Of a DNA stretch of 64,000 bases, positions 50,730-64,000 are shown piece by piece. The notes below the pieces were generated by a model. It was not told the origin of the DNA and made no database searches. It worked only from the letters and a program-made list of their open reading frames with translations. Every line of letters begins with the position of its first letter. Positions within the stretch are counted from its first letter, which is position 1. Origin of the DNA: Lingula anatina. Taxonomy: Eukaryota > Animalia > Brachiopoda. Location of the stretch: NCBI GenBank assembly GCA_051362555.1, contig CM120647.1, forward strand, positions 3,596,001 to 3,660,000. The letters run 5' to 3'. The position numbers were made by a program, and so were the translations under genes.

Positions 50730-53345
50730 TAGTCCGGTTGCTTAGGGCAAAAAAATGGCCAAATCGTGACACAGCGGATAAAAGCACCAAATTTTGCATT
50801 TGTGTACCTTTTGACATACTAAATCAAATTAGAGCCGTAGCCCACGGAAAGAATTTACCGTTTGGCCAAAAATCCAAAATGGCCGCCAATTTGTGAAAAT
50901 TTGTAGAAATATGTACATATCTATGTTGATTTTTATCAAATTAAGTATTTTCTCAATGTTTTCCACATCCTTATTACCCATATTATGCATATGTGTCAGA
51001 TAAGAAACTAGTGGCCTTGGACTTATTGAAAAATCCAAGATGGCCGCCGTATGGCATAGGAATACTAGAACATGTACAAGGGTTAATGCCAACTAGGAAG
51101 ATGCATCGCCCACTATCTAATTTATTTTGTTTCTTATTACACAAATAATATATTTGTGGTGAGTAACTAACCTTTATTCACAGGCAATTCGAGAAAAATC
51201 CAAGATGGCCCCCATATCAAAGGAATACTAGTATACACATAGGACTTCTTCTGCCATGGAGATATAATATTAATTGATAAATTAGGTTTGTTTCTGAGTA
51301 TTTTCCACATCTTTTTAATTCACATAATACATATGTGATGAGAATGTTATGTGTATCCTTTTTGAAAACAAAACAAAACAAAATGGCTGCCATTAGCCAT
51401 AGAAGGTGGGGTTCAGTTAATACCTGCGAGAGATAGGCTTACAAATAAAATGAAGCTGAATTCAGTTGTTATTCTGTTTTTTTAGTATTATTATCCCATG
51501 ATACATATCTGATAGGTAATTAATGTCCATATTTTATCATTTTGGGGAAATCCAAGATGGCCTTCATTTCCCCATAGGAAAACTGGTGCATTAGATTTTA
51601 TAGGCACTTCTAAGGCAAATGAGGGTAATCATGATATTTTTTCAAAATACTTAAGGGTATACACTTGTTACCCACCAGATAGTGTCTAAAAGTCCAAAAA
51701 GAATGTGGGAAATACCGAGAAACAAAATTCATTTTATATTGAACCCGATGTCTCTCTGGCAGTAGTTGACTGTACTATTCCTATTGTGAATTGCAGCAAT
51801 CTTGAATTTTCTCAAATACTCAAGATGTACACTTGCTACACACCAGATTTATAAAGAGTCAGGTTAATAAGGATGTCAACATGTTTAAACATGACACCTA
51901 TGTGCATTTGAATGATATATTCCTATGACAACTGGCAGCTATCTTGGGGTTTCTCCGAATAATACTCAAGGATACATACACTTTCAAAACACACAGAGTC
52001 TTTCATAAGGATAAATAGGATATGAAAAACATTTAAAAACGACCCAAAGTTAACTACATTTAAATCGTACTCAGTGTATCTCTAGCATTATTTAATTATG
52101 TGTTCGAATATTCTAATGACAAAAGGCAGACATCTTGAATTTTTTCAGAATACCCAAAGATACACACATGCTACAGACCAGGTATACATCATAGTGGTAA
52201 TAATAAATGGAATGAAAAACATAAATTATTTTTAAAACAAACCCATGGAAAAATAACAGTATAATGAACCATATGCCTCATTAGCAGCAATGGAAACCCA
52301 CCCATTAGTATTCCTATGTTAAATTGTACGTATCTTTTTCTCAGTATATCCAAGGATGCACACTATTTAACCACCAGATATATATCATAGGACTAATAAG
52401 GATGGGCAAAACTTGATAAGCAAACACAAATTCACCCTGGTAGTAGATGAAAAGCCATGGATGTGCAGTTGTAATTCCAGAAGTATTCCTATGGCCAGTG
52501 ACGGCCATCTTGGGTTTTCTCAAAATGATCAAATATGCACATTTATTACCTGCTAGATATGTATCACAGTGTAATAATGATGTGTAAAACACTAAAAAAT
52601 AAACTGAATTTGATAGTAAATTAGCTGGCGTTAGTTCCAACCCTTTGTAATACTAAAAGTATTCCTATTACATATGACGGCCATCTTGGATTTTCTCAAA
52701 ATGCCCTAGAATACTGTTAGTTACTCACCACATACATATTGTGTGGGTAGAAAAGATGTGGAAAACACTCAGAAACCAGCTTAATTTGATAGTGAAAAAC
52801 TACTCTTTCCAGTTGCCATTAGTTGAATCCCCCGTATACTAGAATTCCTGTGGCACATGGCAGCCATCTTGGATTTTCCAAAATGCCCAAGAACACTTCA
52901 TAGTTACTCACCACAAACATGTTATGTGGGTAACAAAGATCTGAGATACAGACTTAATTTGATAGTGGACAACGTATCGTTCTAGCTGGTAATAGTTGTG
53001 CACTAGTATTCCTATGGCTGTTTCTATGGCAAATGACAGCCATCTTGGATTTTTTCAAAAAGTCCAAAGGAACTTGTTTGCTATCTGACTTATATGAATA
53101 AAATGGGTAATAAGGGTGTGGAAAACTCTGAGAAAATAATTTATTTGATAAAAATCAACATAGGTATGTACATATTTCTAAAGAATTCAATATATTGGCG
53201 GCCATTTTGGATTTTTTGGCCAAACGGTAAATTTTTTCCGTGGGCTACGGCCCTAATTTGATTTAGAATGTCAAAAGGTACCCACATGCAAAATTTGGTG
53301 CTTTTATCCGCCGTGTCACGATTTTTTCCTTAAGCCACCGGACTA
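50730..53345. mobile_element. Non-autonomous Academ-like foldback DNA transposon (2.6 kb)
   Basis: Termini TAGTCCGGT... / ...ACCGGACTA, imperfect TIRs over roughly 300 bp, TTT on both flanks (3-bp TSD) and no transposase ORF. TAG termini with a 3-4 bp TSD fit Academ. Confidence 0.8.
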
Positions 53346-53511
53346 TTTCTCTTCCCCCCAAAATAGCGAATCTCCTTCCCTTCCGAGGGAGGAAAGTCAG
53401 ACCGGAAGGATAAAAAAACGCCCGTTTTATGTAATAATTATCACACAGCAAATCTTTGCGGCTGCGGGCAAGGTGGGTGGCGTGTTCGCCTTCCTTTCCT
53501 CGGCATCCTGG

Positions 53512-53686
53512 ATCTGATAGTGGTAGTTTATGACTTTTCTAAAGGGAGGCACCCTGTATCTGATAGTGGTAGTTTATGACTTTTCTAAAGGTAGGTACCC
53601 TGTATCTGATAGTGGTAGTTTATGACTTTTCTAAAGGTAGGTACCCTGTATCTGATGGTTGTAGTTTATGACTTGTCTAAAGGTGG
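53512..53686. repeat. Minisatellite, about 3.8 x 46 bp
   Basis: ATCTGATAGTGGTAGTTTATGACTTTTCTAAAGGTAGGTACCCTGT at 53512, 53558, 53604 and 53650. Confidence 0.92.
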
Positions 53687-56625
53687 GGTCTAAGTAGATG
53701 GTGATAGCACAGGGAATATGTATGTATGTTTGTATGTATGGTATGGGTTGGCGGCACTGGAAGCTGAATGACATTCAATCTTTAAATGTTAGAGATGATA
53801 TAATCGTACATACGTTAGTTACCTATGATACTTGACACTTCAGAGCGGAGATAGGGTATTTTGGCGGCGCTGAGTTCATCGTACCATGTGGTTTTTCCAG
53901 ACATGTGGTCAAGGCATCTCTTAGATGGGAAATGTGTTAAGGGTGGGGTTTTTAAAGGATGAAGACGGGGTGAAAGCCGATTGACGTACGTTCAGTAAAA
54001 TGGAACTATCTAGCCATCTGTAATGTCTATGTCTGTCAGAAAGTTGGCTGAGCAATTTGAAAGCGTGCCATTAGTTCAAATCTCGGCTGTTGGAAGATTT
54101 CCTAAACGTAATACAAGTGCAAACTACTGAAGTCACGAACTTGAAATGTCATTTCCGTAGTGCATATTCCCCTTGAGAACAGAAGAAATATAAGCACTGT
54201 CATAGCTTTTAGGTACAATTAACTGTAGAAGACAACATTGATTAACTTAATGTAAGCCACCCATAGTATGTGGTTCAAGGTGTCGCTGTCTCTCTAAGTT
54301 TCTATCCAGGTCGCACTTTGAACCAAGCGGCATTTTGATATTTACTCTATGTTGAGCATAGTAAAAGCTATATAGTAAAATGATGATACAGGTACTTGAG
54401 ATACAGCTACTGGGTTATTTTTCGGGTCGACGTTGCCCAGGCGTTTGGTATTTAGCAGGCATTTAAAATTAGTTGAACTTTCAATTTATGCATAGCGTAC
54501 AGTGCAATATGAATGAACGCTTAGGTGATCTGTTAGGGCAGTGTGATCATTATAATGACATTTGTTGTAGGCAAAGCTGATCGGAAATAGCCCAGTAAAA
54601 TGCCGATACTTAAAACAACATTATGTGTGCACAACACTAGTAGCATTTGTTTGGAATAAGATGTGGTTCGAGTATAGTAAAGGTGTCGAAATCAGTTGAT
54701 CAACAGCAGTTGATCTCTCGAAAGCTGTTTTGTTTGTATTAGTAAGCTGAAGGCGCACTTGAGGGCGCTAATGGGTGATTGTTTACGTGTGCTTGTAATG
54801 GCGTTGACTGGCACATATGCTTGGAGGCTCCTTACTACATAGACAACTGTAGAGTCGACGCTTGCCATATTCTGAGCTGAACATCGTTGGGAGACATTGG
54901 ACTTGGTCTATTAATCAGGGCGCCAGAAACGGAATATCAGAACATAATTACATTCAAAAGTGCATCGCACATGTCATATGGGAACGTTTAGAAACTGATT
55001 GCAATATACAGCAGTTCCTCTCAGTGTGCACGGTGGCTCGCGAAAGGAAGATTATTGGACAAAGATAGATGACGTCCCCGTGAGTTTGTTCAAAGTTCAA
55101 TAAGCAGCTAACAGGTAATGTTTGTTATCATACAAAGGTGGATCTTGCCATCTGTTGTATGCAATGGTGCCCAAATAGTAGATTTGCGTGTGAAAGCGTT
55201 CTCTCATTTATAATACATAGACAAGTCGAATTAAGAGAAACAAATTACAGTGCAGCACTGTGCAATATTTAGAAATGGTGTAAAGCAGTACAGATAGCAG
55301 TGGAATTTGTGGATTCTTAATCAATTATGGGTCAAATTCGAAAGGGTTATGAAAAGCACCAGACATGTAACTATAGAGGAAGCTTTCTGACCTTACGTTT
55401 AGGGCACGATCCGAAAAAAACATTCAGCTGTTTTCAGGCACTAAAAACAAGGCAGTCATTTTCTTCGATCAACAGCTAATATGGAGACGGTTACTCCTAA
55501 AATTCCCCGAGGAAAGTGCTGTGATTAACACTTACAATAATAGCTGCTGATTAAAAGAAATGTTAACGCTTTTCTTAGTGTACGATATACCAGTAAGTCT
55601 TTGTTTCTATGCAAAAGTATATGCAAAATAGGGTATATAGTGTCTTACTCATTCTGGGGCATTAGTTGGTCAATATAAATGACAATACTTTTCAGAAATC
55701 TAATACTTACCGTAGGAACCTAGGGCGTGGACCCTTTACAAAGAAACCGCAATTGGATACGAGTTGAAATGAAAGATAAGAACAATGTCTTACCGGGGCG
55801 TTATTTTATCCACCCGTTCTCTCTCCATGAATGCAATGACCGTACATGAGACTTAACAATGTGCTCTTGTTATTGCCATAACGTTTGCTTGTCCTCTTTG
55901 ACCTTGCGTGATTCCATTCTGCTTAAAGTCTTGAAAAGTTGCTAAATGGACGGAAAGACGTTGGTCACAGTGGGGTCGGGAAGGTAATTTTTGATGGCTT
56001 TCAATTTGGCCGTTTAACCTGTTGTATTAGTACAGGTGCCTTTTTAAAGTTTTTCGGACGAAAGTGTGGTTGACTAGGAGTTATAATGACTGTAATATAT
56101 TAGAGCAAGTGTAGTCAGAAAAAGTACTGATCTGAGTTTTTCTAAACACTGCAGTGCTTTTTGCTTTTATTTGTTTTCTTTTGTTAGTGTAACGGTGTAA
56201 ACTCTACTGACCTACTGTTCGTTGTTTATTTTCTCCTAATTATGCTGTCAACGTGCAATGTCAGAGCTGTCACTTTCCTAGAACTTAGAGATGACACGTG
56301 CTGCTCATCACTGTTTCTCTATATCACAAATGATTTCGGACAGAACCGTCAATAACATACGTCCACAGGGATTTTTTCAAACTCTATCCCAAGCACACTT
56401 GTCTAACACTCGATCTGTACCTTTTTAATGTTCGCGTAAATATAAACTAGGGCGATTTATTATCACATTTTTTCATGCAGCTATAAAGCTCCTCATTATA
56501 TAGAAATGATGACTTTCTTAGAAAGTCTTAGAGTTAATAAATCACACAGGGACATATTAGAAACGGACGTTTGGTTCGTAAACGTATTTATAAATTGAAA
56601 GGGAAATATCGATATACGCTGCCCA

Positions 56626-56674
<49 letters not shown>

Positions 56675-57166
56675 CTGAAATGTCTTTTCATGTTACATCG
56701 ATAAGAACAAGAGTACTTAAACTCGCAAGTGTCAACCTATGACGGTGCAAACGTCCTTGATGGCAACCAGGCCGGGTCGCACGGACATCTAGCATTCAGC
56801 CGCCCAGGGTGCCAGTGAAAAAATGCGCTAACATTACTCGACAGTGCAAACTGAGTATATACCACCTTAGCCGTGTTGCCCTTAAAATCTAACGAAATTG
56901 ATTTACAACTGTAATGTCAATAGACACAAATAGGAGTGCTCTAAGCGGTCCATCCCACGCCAGTGAAGACTCATAATGACCAACATTAAAGGAAACATTA
57001 ATACTACAGCCCTAAGGTGTTTTGGGTTTAAACAAACTAAAGTTTGTTAAAGCTCCTGTGCATTCATCAGGGATAGAGCGATGTATCCAAGTAAGTTACT
57101 GAACTGTCTATTCACAGAGTGCTTACATGATAAGAGTAAGGTGTGAGTGCCTAGGGGTTAACGTGC

Positions 57167-57167
<1 letters not shown>

Positions 57168-57209
<42 letters not shown>
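57168..57209 (+). repeat. Poly(A) tract (42 nt)
   Basis: Uninterrupted A run. Confidence 0.9.
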
Positions 57210-57211
<2 letters not shown>

Positions 57212-57581
57212 GAAGAGCTCAGTCGATCATCTGATACGGATGTTATATTGATAACTATATAAAGTGGTGCCTGTGTTTTGTCAAAAATTTGTCAATAAAT
57301 TAATTGTTCTAGTTGGCACTAATAATGCGGATGCCATGATTGAATCACACTTTTAACGTGCCACTGTCAAATTTCCGATTTCTAAAACATAAATAAACTT
57401 GGTCCATAACAAGTTTCTTTTTCGTCCTTGGTGCTTATAGTGCAAATTTTGAGTCCTGTAGGTTGCACATTGACCACTTTATATCCTCCCTTTATTTTTA
57501 CAGAAAACTTATTATTTAAGTTTAATTGCAATCTACGGACGCGTCATTCCCCGGGCGGGGTTTCAGCACAGTAAACCTGTT

Positions 57582-57882
57582 CAGGGGCGGATCCAGGATT
57601 ATTTGAAGGGGGGGGGGGTCCGGAACGACAGACCTCGGATGCGAAGCTGACCAGCGCCCCCTTGGTGTGGGTTTCGGGGCCTGCTCAAGGGCACCGAAAA
57701 TTTTATGGTGTTTTGGAGAGCAAACGGTGCCCTTTGGTGCAGCTTAGAACTATGAATTAGATAATCGAAATTCAAATTTCAAGAGGAGAATACTGATGTG
57801 ATATATTTTTCACAAATCATGTGGGGGGGGGGGGGGGGGGGGGGTCCGGACCCCCCTGACCCCTCCTCTAAATCCGCCACTG
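57582..57882. mobile_element. CAG...CTG-ended MITE with poly(G) tracts
   Basis: CAGGGGCGGATCCAG / CTAAATCCGCCACTG termini, similar to 9443-9611; TSD not clear. Confidence 0.7.
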
Positions 57883-58958
57883 TTTTGTTGGCGGATTTCA
57901 CGAGAGGTAACTTAGACTCCTCGTCGTGAATAAGAGGTTTACCTGCCAATATTACCCTCTATTAATCTGTCAACCCCAGGGGTTCATTTAGGGACGACTG
58001 GATTTAAAACCGTTCTCAGCGCGTCTCCCATGACAAAAACCTAGCATGGCATGATAATCACTGGTGGAAAGTAAGCGCTTAGTTCACTGATGTAGCAGAG
58101 AACGTTTTAGTGGTACATAAACTATTCATCATGGGAAGGAAAGTCGCCTATTTTCAAAAGCATGGAGGAAATGTTTTGTCTCCTACTTTGTATGACTTCC
58201 GCCAACCGAGGGAAGTGCGATGGTGAGGGATATGTTGGACTTAAAAGCTTATAGCCAGGAATTATTCTGGAAGTTAGAAAGGTTATATGTCCCTCGGAAT
58301 GTGAGACTCGAGTAGTTTGTGTGGCGCCGCCAATTATTTCACAGACAATGGTCGGCCCCCATTATTTCGACGTTACTCCATTAGTTTCCCAGACGGTATT
58401 TTTACCAACTGATATTATTTTTTGTCATTTTTGAAATATATCACGGAAGAGATATGATCATTTCGCCATCACATAGATAAGCTGAAGCGCCGTATTTTCA
58501 AGCCGATTACAGATCCATTAAAACCATTATCTTTCTAACTCCAATTACCGTTTGTCAAAGTTTCATTTAATCCATTGAGGAATTACGGGTGCATTATAGG
58601 CCTTGGAATATAAACATTAGCTCGTGGCTTTGAAACCTTCTCTTGTTAATTTTGCTTTTAGCATCAAATAATGAACTATTCTTTAGAAAACCTTTTAAAT
58701 GTAATTTGATGTCATGCTTGATAAGTTGGAATATGACAAATTTCCCAGATGATTCGCACGTATAATACGATGTTGCTAGGTTGAAACACGCAGCAATAAC
58801 CAGACGGTTTGTATGGTTATTCAGGTTCTTCTGTTGATTTTTACCAATAAGACAACTGAACAGCATTTATAATCTTTTGCTGTTGGCTTATTTTTGCAAA
58901 ATCATCTGTAACCGTAACATTCTTTCTTCCTGTGTCTGTTCATCTCGCTATCTACACG

Positions 58959-59001
<43 letters not shown>

Positions 59002-61819
59002 GTGTCTGTCACCTATTTAAAATACTTTTACTTAATTGGCATTTTAAATTTACCCCATAGCTGACATGCAGCTTGCCACATAACATCTGAATAAATTAAA
59101 ACTAAACTGTTTCCATCAATTACAGATAGCATTTTAAATTAACTTTTATTTCCGACACACAACCTGCCACATACGTAGATCTGAATATATTAAAATTTTA
59201 CGGTAGATACATGAGCAATAAACGTTCCATTTTCCATCAATTTTATTATGTCTGAATATATCTATAAATAATACACAAATTATAATGGCTATTAAATTAA
59301 ATGGTCCCTCTACAACGCGTAAAGATGTGACACCAAAAGGAATCGTTTTTTACCCAACTATATAATAAAATACCAGTGTTTGCTGCATTGTTGTTCATCC
59401 GCCTATAAACAAAGAGGATTCTGAGCAATTCTGGAGTCGAGATTGCCTTTCACTTGTGGCATTATGAATAATTTCCTCGCCAATATGGTATCGACCCCAG
59501 CAATACGCTCTTCGTCTAACTCAGACATAGCACCCCAAGGGAGGGGGTAATCATACCACTCTCATCTCTGACATAATCTGGGGGATAGAGACGAGTATTA
59601 AGGCTAAATAAATTCAATATTCTGGAACATGGCAGGATTTGAGCAAAAATCACAACTTTGTGCTGACAGTGGTATTTTGAAATTTTAAGTCGACATATGG
59701 AGAAAAATTGAATCGAATCTGATTAGTTCTATGTAGGTTTTGATAGAGTAAACTATTCAGAGGAATTGTCTTATGTCTACAGGTCTATAAGAAAAATGCT
59801 TTGAGTCAAACAACAACAACAACAACAACAGCAGAGAAGCAGCAGCAATAACAACAACAACAACGAAAACATGATGCAAAAACATTATGCCCCCCCCCCC
59901 ACGAAACGAATAAAATGACAGGTAAAACGCCACTTGGAAATTTCTGTTGCAGTAATGATGTTTTGTAACACTCCTCTTGATAGACATAAACTGGAAGAGC
60001 TATTTTATAATTGTCTTGAGATTGGTTGCTGCAGACGATAATGGCTTCCTGGAATCACTTCAGCGAATGCGTGACCGCGAAATCATTGCTGCCATTATTT
60101 TTCCACAGACCATTTGGAAGTTTTAAATGAAATGATGGGAACGTTAAGGACTAAGACCATCCCTGGGTTAGAGTGTATTTGGACTTTTAAAGTCTTAATG
60201 TATTTCATGGACAATTTATTTTCCTGGCGAAGTCCCCGTATTGTAGCCACTTGAATCTTACAGTGGACTTGCTGCCGCTCCGAGAACGATTTTTTGTCCA
60301 TATTCTAAGTTGAAATTTTGACAACAGTTGATAAATGGCATCAATTTTAACAATCGGTTTTAACCTAAAATTTTGCGATCCTTTCTGTTGTTGTGCATTT
60401 GTGAGAGTTGGCCAAAATGTTTTCTCCAATCAGTGGCAAACCAGCGAAACAGGGATCAGCTTCATTAGGCATTAATTACGTCGAAAAAGGTTTTATTTAG
60501 TTTTTAATTGTTTCAGTGTGAAGAAACTCCAACAGTACAGGTTAATTAAGATTGTGACAAACTCCCTTTGTGCCAATATTATTTTTGGCATCATTTAATT
60601 GTCAGATCTAACGTCAAAACAACATGTAAAGACAAGAAAATACCTTCGTACTGGTCTACGTGTATGTTCATACGTCTGTTATTACAAACAATGATAATCA
60701 GAAATGATACAAGATCTGTTCTTTTGTGTGAGAATACGACTAGTTTGGTATACTATTTTTACTTTAATTTTAAGGCCTAACTCTCACCACCAGTAATATA
60801 AGACTCCAGTCTAATATCTACTTATCGACCTTAAAATGTTGGGTGATGATATTCTACATATGTTGTTTTTCGAATACTGAAAGTTTTTTTTTCAAAAAAT
60901 TAAAATAAATAAAAATAAAAATAAATAAATAAAATAATAATGTAAGTATCCATTTGTTCGCTTTTGTATAACTCTGATCCTGAAGAAAAGATGTCATGCA
61001 CGCATATACATATTGGTTATGCTTTATTTTAGAACTCAGTAACATCAACATATCGCCGATGAGGCCAAGACGTTTGTTAATTGTGCCATTTCTAGCCATT
61101 TCAAGAGCTGCCACGTCAAGTAGGTGTATATGTGAGAAATAAACTACACTGACCTAACTCCATATCTTCTAAACATACGGTCACTTTCGGCTTGGCATGT
61201 TTAGCCACTGGTTAAAATAGTGTCCACTGATTTAATTAGTTTTAGAATTAACCGTTCCTTCCCATAATTGAAGACGAAAGACGTAACAAGTAAGATAGTT
61301 AGTTACGACCAGGGGAGGAAAATTAAAAGACTGTTATAAATTCCCCGGAGAGGCAATAATGGCGTACAGTATATCAGTAAGAAGCCTTATGTCGCACAGT
61401 TCTCACGTCTAAGGTAAACTTCATTAACTTTAATCACCTTTAGCTACAAGTAGTTCGTAGAATAGTCTTTCTTAAAGGACAATTCCACGAACCTTAAAAA
61501 TCGAATGTCAAATGATAACGTTTTTGACATAAGATAAAAAGAGGAAGGTTTGTTAAAGGTACTTTGCTATTATGCATTTTCTGTCCTTTTTGCCTCGATC
61601 AATGTCTCAGAAAAAATTCTCACGAGCCTTACAGTTCTAAGAATCTAAGACTAAGAGGTTCAAACATAGCAACTGCCATGTTGGAGATACGTCTACGGTG
61701 CCAATTAGTAAGTCAGTTACAAACATTTTGGCATATCAAGTACAGCCAAGGGTGCGTCAGTGTCTTGATGCTTGTCATGTTGGTGTTACCGTTTGTGCAG
61801 TTTGCTTGGATATACCTTG

Positions 61820-61857
<38 letters not shown>

Positions 61858-62109
61858 AAGCAAATTGATAGAAGCATATTCAGGGAAACCTGAAAGAAAA
61901 ATTCTCATGCTTTTACTGCATCAGGAAATTTATTTAGTTTGAAATAATTATTAAACCCGGATAACCTCAAAAATTTCTGTGATATGAATTCTTTCTTATC
62001 CCCACCAATTTCCTCCCCATCGCTCCAAATTCCCCTTTCAACCCATTCATTTCAGTAAATTGTCTAAACATTACGCGTACCGGTAATCAGGTTTGTGCAT
62101 CTGTGATAT

Positions 62110-62179
62110 CCACCTGTAACTGAGGCTACTCTCTCTCTCACCTGAGTTAACTCTCTCTCTCTTCCTCTCTCTCTCTCTC

Positions 62180-62215
<36 letters not shown>

Positions 62216-62482
62216 CTGAGCTTCCTCTCTCTCTCTTCCTCTCTCTCTCTCTCTCTCTCACCTGAGCTTCCTCTCTCTCTCTTCCTCTCTCTCTCTCACC
62301 TGAGCTTCCTCTCTCTCTCTTCCTCTCTCTCTCTCTCTCACACCTGAGATTCCTCTCTCTCTCTTCCTCTCTCTCTATCTCACCTGAGCTAACTTTCTCT
62401 CTCTCTCTCTCTCTCACCTGAGCTTACTCTTTCTCTCTCTCTCTCTCCCTCTCTGACCTGAGCTTACTCTCTCTCTCTCTCC
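62110..62482. repeat. Compound repeat: (CT)n tracts punctuated by CACCTGAGCTT
   Basis: About 8-9 CACCTGAG units separated by variable-length (CT)n/TTCC tracts. Confidence 0.9.
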
Positions 62483-62855
62483 TTCATTTTCAACAGAAAA
62501 CAGCCAGGCTTTATTTCTGCTATATCACAGTTTGCATATATCAGAGCTGACATTTCCCAGGATTGTTTACAAATCATTTCACCTGTATATCGCTCATCTA
62601 CTACTCCATTTTCACGATTTGCTGTATTACCCTACGAAAAGAGAAGGCAGTATTTTTACAGGCCTGCCTTTATATCTTGTAAATATACTAGATAAATTTA
62701 CACATGGTTCATATCACTCCGAAGGAATCATCATCAGGGCAAATGCATTTAGGAAGTCAGGGGCGAGTTCGAGTGTTGAATGCTTTTCGACATTTCAAGT
62801 CGCAGGTGCATGCGCCTTTTCTGTAAAATAACGGTGTGCGCTCGTGAATATGTGT

Positions 62856-62859
<4 letters not shown>

Positions 62860-62912
<53 letters not shown>
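62860..62912. repeat. (GA)n microsatellite (others at about 30273, 36087, 56627, 58962 and 61822; (GT)n at about 11650)
   Basis: Direct reading of the sequence. Confidence 0.9.
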
Positions 62913-62918
<6 letters not shown>

Positions 62919-64000
62919 ATTCTAAGAAAAGAGGAGAAAATGGAGCGGTGGTTTTCTAGTGTTTTTCGTTGGTAGGAATATATACAATTCGTTGCCAATA
63001 ACTGACAAAGGTCACATAGTAAAAACAAATTCATATGCGCTCCTCGAAACTCGTGCCAAGATGCAATGAAAGCAAAATTGTCTAACCTTAGAAGCCGTAG
63101 GTAACATCTAAGAACGGAAAATCTAATTTGAAAAGGTCTTTGCCAAGAGCAGGTGCACGTTTCTAGACATTTGTGTATATGTGTTACGTATTTTGAAGAA
63201 ATTTGTAGTGCTGCATAAGCTGGAGAATTGCATGGCAGTAATGGCCTTTTTTTCTCGTGAGAAAAAACGAATGTTCTGATTTTGTGCCTGCTTGTCCTTG
63301 GCTGCTTTGGAATGAGATCGTACAGTGATATTCAGAAAATAAATAAAATAATTTAAAAAGATGCATAAAAAAATAAATAAATAATAATAATAAGGATGCA
63401 AAAAATAAAAGAACTTGCAAAATAATCAGTTATGCTACTTTTAGCTACAGTCCTGATATTTTTTTGTGCCGACAATTTGATGACAAAGCTAAACTGAGCC
63501 CAGCGTTTCCTCCCAACCCGTACTCGCTTAGCGCAGTCATTCACGTAGACGGAAAGAACGTTTCAATCAAACTCTGTTCCAAGGCAATTGCCGTGTTATT
63601 TCTTTCACAGTTACGATGATGTAATTAGCAATAGTGGCACTATTTGATAACATTGATGGTTTTAACATCCCAGTAATTCCCCTTCTGATACCGTTCCCAT
63701 AATTCACTCACTTTTCGGATATTTGTCAGAACAGAGGATGCTCGTAATTCAGCCAATTTAATACACGGCGCGCTGGCAATCATGCCCTGTGATTTATCAA
63801 ACGATCTGATTATCTGTGCCAGTTTCTTGGGTGAATGTCCGCTGGATTTTTTTTCTTCGCGCAGCTATTGCATTAACAACAGCGCAGCTATAGGAGGCAG
63901 CTACAGGAAGTTTCTACTTTTCTATTGGTTTTTTACAGTAAACACAGCATGCTAATTTCAAAACTGACTGGTAAACTTTATACTTATATTGGAATTTATA

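Noticed and set aside
53700-55200. Possible ancient minus-strand CR1-like LINE (CATA-type tail at about 53718, LRLGNLP-like peptide at about 54100)
   Set aside because: Too degraded; no RT motif could be read with confidence.
57100-57230. Processed retrocopy ending at the 42-nt poly(A)
   Set aside because: No upstream polyadenylation signal, coding remnant or TSD could be identified.
62064-62417. RE-rich ORF and similar poly-Y/N/I ORFs (28954, 34093, 40975, 42003)
   Set aside because: These are translations of microsatellites.

Overview
AT-rich, intron-containing animal genomic DNA. The repeat types suggest a marine invertebrate, possibly a lophotrochozoan; this is inference. Two convergent multi-exon genes can be reconstructed by hand. 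(1) On the + strand, the last six coding exons of an enoyl-CoA hydratase/crotonase of the PRK08259 (echA5-like) type, ending in a peroxisomal SKL signal. (2) On the - strand, a seven-coding-exon COMTD1/CCoAOMT-like O-methyltransferase with one in-frame TAG; its first coding intron holds a complete Mag-lineage Ty3/Gypsy retrotransposon with identical LTRs. The rest (about 22-64 kb) has no recognisable protein-coding gene and is dominated by mobile-element debris: PIF/Harbinger-type MITEs (some nested), CAGG-ended MITEs with 5-bp TSDs, a 30-bp palindrome with a 7-bp TSD, a 2.6-kb Academ-like foldback element, a MetaSINE-like copy, an L2 3' end and two 46-bp minisatellites. A Helentron-type element carrying a 146-bp satellite and a decayed Sola2-like transposase lie in the first 10 kb. 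I found no clearly new biological system. The best leads are the apparently dying O-methyltransferase locus, a minisatellite with a perfect p53-family half-site in every unit, the YY1-motif-periodic foldback element and an isolated 21-nt microexon candidate.
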